DNA of 64,000 bases from Anaerolineae bacterium. Its GTDB lineage: Bacteria > Chloroflexota > Anaerolineae > Anaerolineales > E44-bin32. Location: the NCBI GenBank assembly GCA_011192015.1, contig DUET01000086.1, positions 18,026-82,025 of the forward strand. Direction: 5' to 3'. The number at the start of each line of letters is the position of its first letter. The first letter of the stretch is position 1. The notes under the pieces are model-generated. The model saw only the letters and a list, made by a program, of their open reading frames with translations. It was not told where the DNA came from and did not search any database. Position numbers and translations under genes: made by a program. This document shows positions 18,594 to 27,067 of this stretch, piece after piece.

Positions 18594-20012
18594 ATGGGCA
18601 AGCGTGCAACATTCCCGACCACCGATAGCCCTAAAGCCTGGCTTCGCCACGCCCTCTCCAGGTTGTTCGCCCGAGATTCCTTCAGCGCCACGTTGCGCCT
18701 GGTTTTATTCGCTGGAACCATTGCCATCTATTGGTTGGTGCTGGGATTCACGATCCAAATCCCCGAACGTGCCCCCATGGAATGGATGATACGGCTTCCA
18801 TTTCCTGCAGACGTGCTATTGGATTACGGCCTAACGCTCTTCGAGCCGCAGGTGCTCGTGCATGTACTGCCGGTGCTGCTGGGCCTCTACATCGGCATCC
18901 AGGTTGCGACTCACTACCTGGCAGATCTCGTCGAATTCCCATCGCTATCCAAGGCATGGCGATATTTGAATGCATCCCTGTTTGGATTTAGCTATTACAA
19001 CCTGGACGTAGTGGATGACGATCAAACCCGTCTGGACAGCATGCATCCGCTTGTCCGCATCGGCGGCCCCGGCTACCTCACCATCCATCTGGGATTCGCC
19101 GCCGTGACCGAAACCATCGACGGTCATCCACGCGTGTATGGCCCCATAAAACGCCGCTTCATCGGTGGTTTCGAGCGCCCTCGCGATCTGGTCGATTTGC
19201 GTGACCAATTGGGAAAGGTCGATGAAGTCCGCGCGGTAACCCGAGACGGCATCGAAATCTACGCGCGCGATGCACAGATGATGTTTCGTGTATTCGGCGG
19301 TGGCCGCAAACGCAATCTTCAAACCCCCTACCCCTTCGACGAAACGGCCGTGCGAAAGCTGGTCTACGGGAGAGCAATTTCCTCCAAGGGGCCGCGAAAT
19401 GGATCCGAAATGCTGGCGGATCTTGTGAGTGATGAAATCCGTTCCTTCGTAGCCGGGCTCACGATCGAGGAATTCCTCGCCCTGCAGCCGCGCGTCATGC
19501 TCGAAGGAACACCCTCCTCGAAACCCAAGCTCAGATCGCAGACGATCCATATCTCTCGCCGCCGCCTTACAGAACGTTTCCACACGCACGCAGCGCGCCA
19601 GCGTCTTCAGGATCGCGGTCTGGAGTTGGATTGGGTGGGTGTGGGAACTTGGGAGATCCGGGATCCCCCCTCGCTTGCGCCGTTCGAGGTCGGCCCCGGC
19701 GAGACCATCGTTTCCACCTGGCGTGACATGCAAAGGGCGCGTGTGTATCAGAAACCTGACTATCTCCAACGGCAGCGCGATTTCGCGTACCAATCCTACA
19801 GCGGACGCGTGCTCCGCGAGTTGGTGGGGATCTGGGAGAGCGAAGAAGGCGATTACCCATCACGATGTTGGTTGCTGTTGGCCGCCGGCTTCTTACGCCA
19901 TCTTCAGGACATGCATCGCAGCCTGACAAGCAGCCCTCAAGGTCAGATCCCGCTGGATTTCCAGGCGGCTGTAGACCATGTTCGAACACTCGTGAAACCC
20001 GAGAATCTCTAG
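18594..20012 (+). CDS. membrane protein with divergent SPFH/band-7-like domain (paralogue-like partner)
   Basis: AAGGTGAG RBS, with the ATG 9 nt after the upstream stop. TM segments are followed by GGPGYLTIH..., VDLRDQLGKVDEVRAVTRDGIEIYARDAQMMFRV and RGLELDWVGVGTWEI. Confidence 0.6.
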   Translation: MGKRATFPTTDSPKAWLRHALSRLFARDSFSATLRLVLFAGTIAIYWLVLGFTIQIPERAPMEWMIRLPFPADVLLDYGLTLFEPQVLVHVLPVLLGLYIGIQVATHYLADLVEFPSLSKAWRYLNASLFGFSYYNLDVVDDDQTRLDSMHPLVRIGGPGYLTIHLGFAAVTETIDGHPRVYGPIKRRFIGGFERPRDLVDLRDQLGKVDEVRAVTRDGIEIYARDAQMMFRVFGGGRKRNLQTPYPFDETAVRKLVYGRAISSKGPRNGSEMLADLVSDEIRSFVAGLTIEEFLALQPRVMLEGTPSSKPKLRSQTIHISRRRLTERFHTHAARQRLQDRGLELDWVGVGTWEIRDPPSLAPFEVGPGETIVSTWRDMQRARVYQKPDYLQRQRDFAYQSYSGRVLRELVGIWESEEGDYPSRCWLLLAAGFLRHLQDMHRSLTSSPQGQIPLDFQAAVDHVRTLVKPENL

Positions 20013-20025
20013 GAGGAAGACGGAT

Positions 20026-20970
20026 TTGACCGCATTGCCGTCTCAAGAAGGTCACGTGCTGGTGATCGGAGCAGCCGGGACGGATATCATCGGCCGCGCC
20101 GAGACCACGCTGAACGAGAGCACATCCAATCCCGGACGAGTGCGCATGTGCCACGGGGGTGTGGCACGCAACATCGCTGAGAACCTGGCGCGCCTCGGAA
20201 CGGAGACCGTCCTCATCAGCGCTGTAGGAAACGATCATCTCGGCCGTCAATTGCTGGATCATGCTGCTGAAACCGGCATCGTCATCGACCACACCATCCT
20301 CGCAGACGATCGACCGACGGGATCCTATCTCGCCGTACTCAACGATCAGGGTGGATTGCGATGCGCTGTGGATGACATGCATGTGATCGAAGCCATAACG
20401 CCGCAATACCTTCGAGATCGATACAGCCTGTTCAAAGGCGCTGTTGCCGTCGTAGTCGACGCCAATCTCCCTCAGAAGACCCTGAGCACGGTCTTTTCAC
20501 TTGCCCGGCGCGCCGGTGTGCCCATCGGCGCGGATCCCACATCCAAGAGCCTGGCGGAACGCCTGGAACCCCACATGGGTAACTTGTGGTTGATCACACC
20601 CAACGAAGGCGAGGCGGAAATCCTCTGCGCTGAACGAGTACCCCATGCTGATCGCGAACAAGCCATGAAGGCTGCTCGACACCTGATATCGCAAGGCGTT
20701 GAGATCGCCATCATCACGATGGCAGAATTCGGTGTTGTCTATGCCACCGCGGAAAGCAGCGGGCATGTCCCCGCTGTGCAGACTGAGATCATCGACCCCA
20801 CCGGCGTTGGTGATGCGCTCACTGCGACCTTGATCTTCGCCCTGCTGAATGACATCCCGCTCGACGAAGCCGTGCGACTGGGCACCTTGGCAGCCAGCTT
20901 GACGTTGCAAACACCCGGCAGTGTGGTGCCCGACCTTTCACTCGAGATGCTTTACGACCAACTGCGCTGA
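20026..20970 (+). CDS. psuK: PfkB-family kinase, probable pseudouridine kinase
   Basis: PfkB motifs are present (GGVARNIAENLARLG, DPTGVGDALTA). It is adjacent to psuG. I propose a TTG start after a GGAGGA RBS. Confidence 0.72.
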   Translation: MTALPSQEGHVLVIGAAGTDIIGRAETTLNESTSNPGRVRMCHGGVARNIAENLARLGTETVLISAVGNDHLGRQLLDHAAETGIVIDHTILADDRPTGSYLAVLNDQGGLRCAVDDMHVIEAITPQYLRDRYSLFKGAVAVVVDANLPQKTLSTVFSLARRAGVPIGADPTSKSLAERLEPHMGNLWLITPNEGEAEILCAERVPHADREQAMKAARHLISQGVEIAIITMAEFGVVYATAESSGHVPAVQTEIIDPTGVGDALTATLIFALLNDIPLDEAVRLGTLAASLTLQTPGSVVPDLSLEMLYDQLR

Positions 20971-21021
20971 GCGAAATGCGATCGTTCTGATCCACTCGGA
21001 ATGAACAATGAGGTGATAGGG

Positions 21022-21945
21022 ATGGCCATGACGCGTATCGAATTCCCCGACTGGCTCGTCATCCAACCCGAAGTCAAGACCGCCTTGATGGAAAAGACCC
21101 CCGTGGTAGCTCTGGAATCCACGGTGATCACACATGGTCTTCCACAGCCGATCAACTTCGAGACGGCCATTCGCATGGAGAGGGAAGTCCGTCAAGCTGG
21201 TGCGGTCCCAGCTACGGCAGCCATCTTGAGTGGGCGAATTCATCTGGGCATCGACACGGATGCGTTGGAACGTTTGGCACTTTCCAGCGATGCTCGCAAG
21301 GTGAGCCTTCGCGATCTGGGAACCACCGTCGCTCGTTTTGAAGACGGTGGAACCACAGTTGCAGCCACCATGTTCATAGCTCATGCTGCTGGAGTGCGTG
21401 TGTTCGCCACCGGTGGGATCGGCGGTGTGCATCGCGGGGATACGGGGGATGTCTCCACGGACCTTCCCACGTTGTCACGCATCCCGGTGGCCGTCGTCTG
21501 TTCGGGCGCCAAGGCGTTCCTCGACCTGCCGCGGACGCTCGAATGGCTCGAGACAGCCGGGGTCCCCGTGATTGGATACCAAACCACCGTCTTCCCGGCC
21601 TTTGTCAGCCGAGAAAGCGACTTATCGCTCAACTCGAGCGCGGATTCGCCGCAGGATGCTGCCAGCATCCTCAGGGCGCATTGGGGTTTGGGCTTGCAAA
21701 GCGGTGTGCTGTTCGGCGTACCGTGTCCGGAAGACGCAGCCATCCCCTGGGCTGAAGTAAGACAAGCCATCGCAGAGGCTGAGGCCGAGGCAGTAACCGC
21801 TGCCGTGCGTGGCGCCGAATTGACGCCGTTCATGCTGGATCGCCTTGGAACGAAGTCCAGCGGCTCAACGCTGCGAGCCAATCTGGCGCTTCTGAGGCGG
21901 AATGCTCGTGTGGGTGCTGAGATCGCCAAAGCCTTTGGAGGCTGA
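21022..21945 (+). CDS. psuG: pseudouridine-5'-phosphate glycosidase
   Basis: Indigoidine synthase A-like family sequence (VVALESTVITHGLPQP, GGIGGVHRG, VVCSGAKAFLD). Confidence 0.88.
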   Translation: MAMTRIEFPDWLVIQPEVKTALMEKTPVVALESTVITHGLPQPINFETAIRMEREVRQAGAVPATAAILSGRIHLGIDTDALERLALSSDARKVSLRDLGTTVARFEDGGTTVAATMFIAHAAGVRVFATGGIGGVHRGDTGDVSTDLPTLSRIPVAVVCSGAKAFLDLPRTLEWLETAGVPVIGYQTTVFPAFVSRESDLSLNSSADSPQDAASILRAHWGLGLQSGVLFGVPCPEDAAIPWAEVRQAIAEAEAEAVTAAVRGAELTPFMLDRLGTKSSGSTLRANLALLRRNARVGAEIAKAFGG

Positions 21946-21967
21946 ACACGCCTCCAGCAGCTTATGA

Positions 21968-24079
21968 TTACACTTTCGCTTTCCCGTCCAACCGAAGCCG
22001 CACATCCAGCGCAATGGCGCCCTTCTCCTCCGGCAACACAAGCAGAGGATTGATCTCCACTTCGGAGATTTGTGGGAAGTCTTCTGCAAGCTTCCCTAAG
22101 CGCAGGACGGCCTGCATCGCGGCTTCACGGTCCGCCGGCGGTATGGCTCGATAACCCTGTAGGCGTCGCCCCGCCCATGTATCTTCAAACAGGCGTTCCG
22201 CGTCGCGGCATTCCAGCGGGGTCAAGGCGAAGGCCACGTCCCCCAAACCCTCGACTTCTACACCTCCCAATCCGAACATCACCAGAGGACCGAACTGGGC
22301 GTCTCTGACCACACCCACGATGACCTCTTGCCCGGAGGCGAGCATGGGTTGCACCAAAGCGCCGTGAATCTCAGCTTCCGGATGCACCTGCTTCGGACGC
22401 TCCGTAACCTGCTGGAAACCTTCCTTGACGGCACGTACACCTTTCAGATCCAGGACCACGCCTCCCACATCCGATTTATGCGGCAAATCGGGAGAGACGA
22501 CCTTCAGCGCGACCGGGAATCCCAAACGCTCCGCGGCTTCAACCGCCTCTTCGGCCGTTTGGACATGCGTTTCTGAAACGGTCCTGATGCCGTAGGCCTC
22601 GACAACCTGAGCTGCAATCTGGCCGTCTACGAAACCATCCACACCACCGCGTGCCTTCTCGAGAAGTTGCTGCGCTTCCTTCTTGCGTATGCCCTCGAGA
22701 ACGGAGGGTGTCGCCTCTTCCTGGGCCAATTGCTCAGCACGCTCGGCCAGCACGCGCAGCGCCGAGGCGGCACGCTCTGGAAATCGGTAATCCGGCACAT
22801 GGGATTGGCGGAAGAGACGTGCGCCATGCATGATCAATTCCTCTCCCATCAGAGCCACAACGACCGGTTTCGTCGCCGCTCGGATGCAGGGCACAATCGC
22901 TCCCGCCACCTCAGCCGCCGTGGTCATCGGTGGCGGCGCAAGGATGATCATCACGCCATCGACACCGTCGTCATCGAGGAGCACATCCAGGCACAGCGCA
23001 TACTCCATGGGACCGCCTGAGGCAAGGATGTCCACAGGATTGCGGATGCTGGCAGCCGGGGGCAGGAGATCGGATAACTTCTCCAAAGTATCCTGTGAGA
23101 ATTGGGCCATCTCCAGAGAGTTGGCCTCCAAGGCATCCACAGCGATGGCGCCTGGCCCCCCTGCATTGGTCAGCACGGCCATGCGCCTGCCTTTGGGCAG
23201 CGGACACCAGGCCAGCGCTCGAGCCCAGTCGAACATCTCCTCGCTTGTCTGCGCCCGGATCACTCCGGCCTTTCGGAAGGCAGCTTCATACGCCGTATCC
23301 TCGCCGGCCAAGACGCCCGTGTGGGAGGCAACGGCATCACGTCCATGAACCGAGCGCCCTACCTTGATCGCCACCACGGGCTTGTTTGGCGTCACCTGCC
23401 GGGCGCGCCGGATGAACGCCGGGCCATCGTGCACGCCTTCCAGGTACATGGCTACGACGCGCGTGTTTGGATCTTCAGCGAACGCCGGCAGGAGATCCGA
23501 TTCGGTCAGATCCATCTGATTGCCCAGACTCACCAGGCGTGAAAGCCCGAAACCCTGCCCGCGCGCCCAGTCGATCACGGCCTCGCAAATGGCGCCCGAG
23601 TGGGAAAGAAAGGCGATATCGCCCGGTGTTGGTCCTGGCAACGGCAGGAAGGTCGTATCGATCGGGATGTGGGTATCGAGATAGCCGATGCAGTTGGGAC
23701 CGACGACACGGATGCCGTGTTTCTTGGCGATGCGCAGGCACTCCTGCTCCAAGGCGGCTCCTTCCGGACCGATTTCCTTGAAACCTCCCGAGCCGATGAT
23801 AACGGTATGGATGCCCCGCTTGCCGCAATCCTCCAGCGCTTGGGGAACATGCTTGGCGGGAATGATGATCACCGCCAGATCCACCGGATCGGGGATGCTG
23901 GCGATGTCGGTCCAGATGGGACGGTCGAACAAGACCCCTCCGTGGGGGTTGACGAAGTACATCTCTCCCTTGTACGCGGAAACGACGAGGTTTCGGGCGA
24001 TGCCATAACCCAGCTTGTTCGGATGTCTGGACGCTCCGATGACGGCGACCCCGCGTGGATCCAGTAAAGCCTCAAACAC
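21968..24079 (-). CDS. acetate--CoA ligase [ADP-forming], fused alpha/beta (NDP-forming acyl-CoA synthetase)
   Basis: CoA-binding and succinyl-CoA-synthetase-like N-terminus (LLDPRGVAVIGAS...KLGY, HSGA), followed by a C-terminal ATP-grasp domain. I propose a GTG start at 24079 preceded by AGGAG; the ORF extends to 24184. Confidence 0.85.
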   Translation of the reverse strand: MFEALLDPRGVAVIGASRHPNKLGYGIARNLVVSAYKGEMYFVNPHGGVLFDRPIWTDIASIPDPVDLAVIIIPAKHVPQALEDCGKRGIHTVIIGSGGFKEIGPEGAALEQECLRIAKKHGIRVVGPNCIGYLDTHIPIDTTFLPLPGPTPGDIAFLSHSGAICEAVIDWARGQGFGLSRLVSLGNQMDLTESDLLPAFAEDPNTRVVAMYLEGVHDGPAFIRRARQVTPNKPVVAIKVGRSVHGRDAVASHTGVLAGEDTAYEAAFRKAGVIRAQTSEEMFDWARALAWCPLPKGRRMAVLTNAGGPGAIAVDALEANSLEMAQFSQDTLEKLSDLLPPAASIRNPVDILASGGPMEYALCLDVLLDDDGVDGVMIILAPPPMTTAAEVAGAIVPCIRAATKPVVVALMGEELIMHGARLFRQSHVPDYRFPERAASALRVLAERAEQLAQEEATPSVLEGIRKKEAQQLLEKARGGVDGFVDGQIAAQVVEAYGIRTVSETHVQTAEEAVEAAERLGFPVALKVVSPDLPHKSDVGGVVLDLKGVRAVKEGFQQVTERPKQVHPEAEIHGALVQPMLASGQEVIVGVVRDAQFGPLVMFGLGGVEVEGLGDVAFALTPLECRDAERLFEDTWAGRRLQGYRAIPPADREAAMQAVLRLGKLAEDFPQISEVEINPLLVLPEEKGAIALDVRLRLDGKAKV

Positions 24080-24198
24080 GTTAGTTCGCTCCTGTTGCTT
24101 GGATTGATCGATCGTGCTGTTGAACGACCGTCCGAATGATAACAGCATTGCCCGGCAAGGGGCAATCCAGGCTGTTGATTGCATGCGCTTGGTGCGTA

Positions 24199-24207
24199 TG
24201 TTAGAAT
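24199..24207 (+). promoter_or_regulatory. extended -10 element (TGtTAGAAT)
   Basis: About 42 nt upstream of the ATG at 24249. The -35 is weak. Confidence 0.3.
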
Positions 24208-24248
24208 GCCATCACCGTGGGAATTTCCCTCAGGTTGGAGACGCAGCG

Positions 24249-24773
24249 ATGGTAGAAGTCGAGATCGACAGCATTCGTGTGAGCCTGATGTCGCAGCACC
24301 GGATCGTGATCCTCAAGGAGGTGGCTTCGGAGCGCTTCCTACCGATTTGGATAGGTCCCTACGAAGCGGAAGCGATCACCGTAAGTCTGCAACAACTGGA
24401 AGTCGCTCGACCGCTGACTCACGATCTGCTGCACAATGTGCTCAAAGCTCTCCAGGCAGAAGTGCTGAGCGTCAACATCACCGATCTGCGCGAGAATGTT
24501 TTCTACGCTCGCATCATGCTGCGCGTGAACGGCCGCGAGATGAGTATTGACTCAAGACCATCCGACGCGCTGGCGCTTGCCGTACGCGTGCACGTGCCGG
24601 TATACGTGGATGAAGAAGTGATGGCAGAGGCCGCGACGGTGCCCGAAGAGGGCATTGGGGGTGAGGAGCTCACCGAAGACGATGAGAGCAGGCGCCTTGA
24701 GGTCTTCAAGGATTTCGTCGAAACCCTGGACATCGAAGACGCCAATCCCACGGACGGGGAAACGGAAGACTGA
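24249..24773 (+). CDS. bifunctional nuclease (BFN/DUF151) family protein
   Basis: Contains [14 protein letters not shown] and ARPLTHDLL motifs characteristic of DUF151, with an acidic C-terminal tail. Confidence 0.8.
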   Translation: MVEVEIDSIRVSLMSQHRIVILKEVASERFLPIWIGPYEAEAITVSLQQLEVARPLTHDLLHNVLKALQAEVLSVNITDLRENVFYARIMLRVNGREMSIDSRPSDALALAVRVHVPVYVDEEVMAEAATVPEEGIGGEELTEDDESRRLEVFKDFVETLDIEDANPTDGETED

Positions 24774-24843
24774 CCGTAGTCGCCGGGCAGCAACCCCATC
24801 ACAATACTGTAGAGCAGATTCCTGAAATCAAGGGAGACGTGGC

Positions 24844-26301
24844 TTGCATCCCGGCTGCAGCAACCCCCAGTCGGAGCGATGGGCCGATACGGTGGCTGGC
24901 ATGAACGATCTGGATCCTTCCCCATCCTCACAAACAAGGCCTGTAGCCGAAGGTCGTCAGGAACAGGTCCTGCCCCACAATCGTGAAGCTGAAGAGGCGG
25001 TCCTCGGATCGGTGCTCCTCAATCCCGAGGTCTTCTACGACGTCGCTCACTTCCTGTCTGCAGATGATTTCTATCTCCATCGCAACCGCTGGATCTGGGA
25101 AGCCTTCAACGCGCTCAACGAGAAACGCATCCCCATCGACATCCTCACCGTCTCCGAGGAACTTGAAAATCGGAACCAACTGGAGGATGCCGGCGGACCG
25201 GCTTATCTCACAGGCCTTATCAGCAACGTGCCCACCTCGCTCCACGCGGAGGCCTATGGCCGCATCGTCGAGGACACGGCCACACGGCGGCGATTGCTTC
25301 AGGCCGCCACCCAGATCGCCCGCCTGGCCTACGAGACCGAGACCGAAATCACCGATGTGGTCGATGACGCCGAGAGAACCGTGTTCGGTGTCAGCGAAAG
25401 GCGTCTCACGCGCCACCTGCAACCCATCCAGATGGTGCTGGGAGAGTATTACGATCGCATCGACTACCTCCACCGCCATCAAGACGAGACTCTGGGCGTG
25501 CCCACCGGCTTCATCGATCTCGATCGCCTGCTGGGCGGCATGCAGCCCAGCGATCTGCTCATCATCGCCGGTCGTCCCGGAATGGGCAAGTCCGGTTTCT
25601 GCATCTCCGCCGCCAAGAACGCCAGCCAGATCTTCAAAAAGCACGTAGCGCTCTTCTCGCTCGAGATGGCCAACGAGCAGTTGGTGCAGCGCCTCATCGC
25701 TCAGGAGACCGGTATCGATTCCCAGCGCCTGCGCATGGGCAGGCTGCACGATCCCGAATGGCAGCTCTTCACGCAGGCCGTCAGCACACTGGGCGATACG
25801 CAGATCTTTCTCGACGACACGCCCGCCATCACGCCCCTGCAGCTGCGCACCAAGTGCCGCCGCCTGCATTCCGAGGTCGGGCTGGACCTGATCATCGTCG
25901 ACTATTTGCAGCTCATGACTGGCGACCGCCGCATCGAGAATCGCGTGCAAGAGGTCTCCTACATCTCGCGCAATCTCAAGGCGCTGGCGCGCGAGATCAA
26001 GGTTCCTGTACTGGCAGCGGCGCAGCTCTCGCGTGCCGTCGAATCGCGCAAACCACCGCGCCCCATCCTCTCCGACCTTCGCGAATCAGGAAGCCTGGAG
26101 CAGGATGCCGACGTGGTGATGTTCATTTACCGCCCGGATCAATACGAGGACGACACGCTCAAGCAGAACATCGCCGAGGTCATCGTCGCCAAGCATCGCA
26201 ACGGACCGCAGGGCGTTGTCGAGCTGGTCTTCCTGAAGGAACTGGCCAAATTCGAGAACGCCGCCACGCGGCAGGTCGATCTGGCTCAGGTTCCCGAGTA
26301 A
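24844..26301 (+). CDS. dnaB: replicative DNA helicase DnaB
   Basis: N-terminal PHNREAEEAVLGSVL, Walker A GRPGMGKS and Walker B LIIVDYLQLM are present. The start is either TTG 24844 (AGGGAG RBS) or ATG 24901. Confidence 0.93.
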   Translation: MHPGCSNPQSERWADTVAGMNDLDPSPSSQTRPVAEGRQEQVLPHNREAEEAVLGSVLLNPEVFYDVAHFLSADDFYLHRNRWIWEAFNALNEKRIPIDILTVSEELENRNQLEDAGGPAYLTGLISNVPTSLHAEAYGRIVEDTATRRRLLQAATQIARLAYETETEITDVVDDAERTVFGVSERRLTRHLQPIQMVLGEYYDRIDYLHRHQDETLGVPTGFIDLDRLLGGMQPSDLLIIAGRPGMGKSGFCISAAKNASQIFKKHVALFSLEMANEQLVQRLIAQETGIDSQRLRMGRLHDPEWQLFTQAVSTLGDTQIFLDDTPAITPLQLRTKCRRLHSEVGLDLIIVDYLQLMTGDRRIENRVQEVSYISRNLKALAREIKVPVLAAAQLSRAVESRKPPRPILSDLRESGSLEQDADVVMFIYRPDQYEDDTLKQNIAEVIVAKHRNGPQGVVELVFLKELAKFENAATRQVDLAQVPE

Positions 26302-26344
26302 AACGGCGATCCCGTCGCCACCCACCCAACAGGAGAGCACGGGC

Positions 26345-27067
26345 GTGACCAAGCGCATCTCCAAGGGATTCCCAGGTTTTCCCGAGGGCAAGTTGAAAAC
26401 CACGCCCATTCCCAATCCATTCTTCAGCGAACTGCTGCCGTCCATCGATCACCTGGGCGAGTTCAAGATCACGCTCTACGCCTTCTGGGCACTGGCACAG
26501 AAGGAAGGCCGCTTCCGCTATCTGCGCCGCGAACAGATCGCCTCCGACGAACTTTTCATGCGCGGCATGGGAGGCTCCGGCGTTGACGCTGGAGAGGCAT
26601 TGGACGAGGCACTGGAAAGGGCCGTAGCGCGTGGGACGCTGCTTCAAGTCAGTCTGGAGAGCGCCCAGGGACCGGACCCCTACTACTTCCTCAATTCGGC
26701 CAAGGGCCGCGCCGCTGTAAAAGCGGTTGAAGAAGGCGATTGGCTCCCCAGCGGGGATGCCCAAGCGCCGCTCGACCTCTCCATCGAGCGACCCAACATC
26801 TTCCGGCTGTACGAGCAGAACATCGGCGCGCTGACACCGATGATCGCCGACGTCCTGCGCGATGCCGAGGAGACCTATCCCCTGAGCTGGATCGAGGACG
26901 CCATACGCATCGCTGTTGAAAACAACGTGCGTAAGTGGCGCTACGTGGAAGCCATCCTGGAGGATTGGCAGACCAAGGGAAGGCATGAGAGAGAAGATCG
27001 AAGCGACTCTGAAAAGGATCGCCGACGCTACATCGAAGGCAAATATGCCGACTTCATCGAACACTGA
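26345..27067 (+). CDS. DnaD / DnaB_2 domain primosome protein (DnaD-like)
   Basis: The C-terminal region NIFRLYEQNIGALTPMIADVLRDAEETYPLSWIEDAIRIAVENNVRKWRYVEAIL matches the DnaD-domain signature. GTG start after an AGGAGA RBS. Confidence 0.7.
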   Translation: MTKRISKGFPGFPEGKLKTTPIPNPFFSELLPSIDHLGEFKITLYAFWALAQKEGRFRYLRREQIASDELFMRGMGGSGVDAGEALDEALERAVARGTLLQVSLESAQGPDPYYFLNSAKGRAAVKAVEEGDWLPSGDAQAPLDLSIERPNIFRLYEQNIGALTPMIADVLRDAEETYPLSWIEDAIRIAVENNVRKWRYVEAILEDWQTKGRHEREDRSDSEKDRRRYIEGKYADFIEH

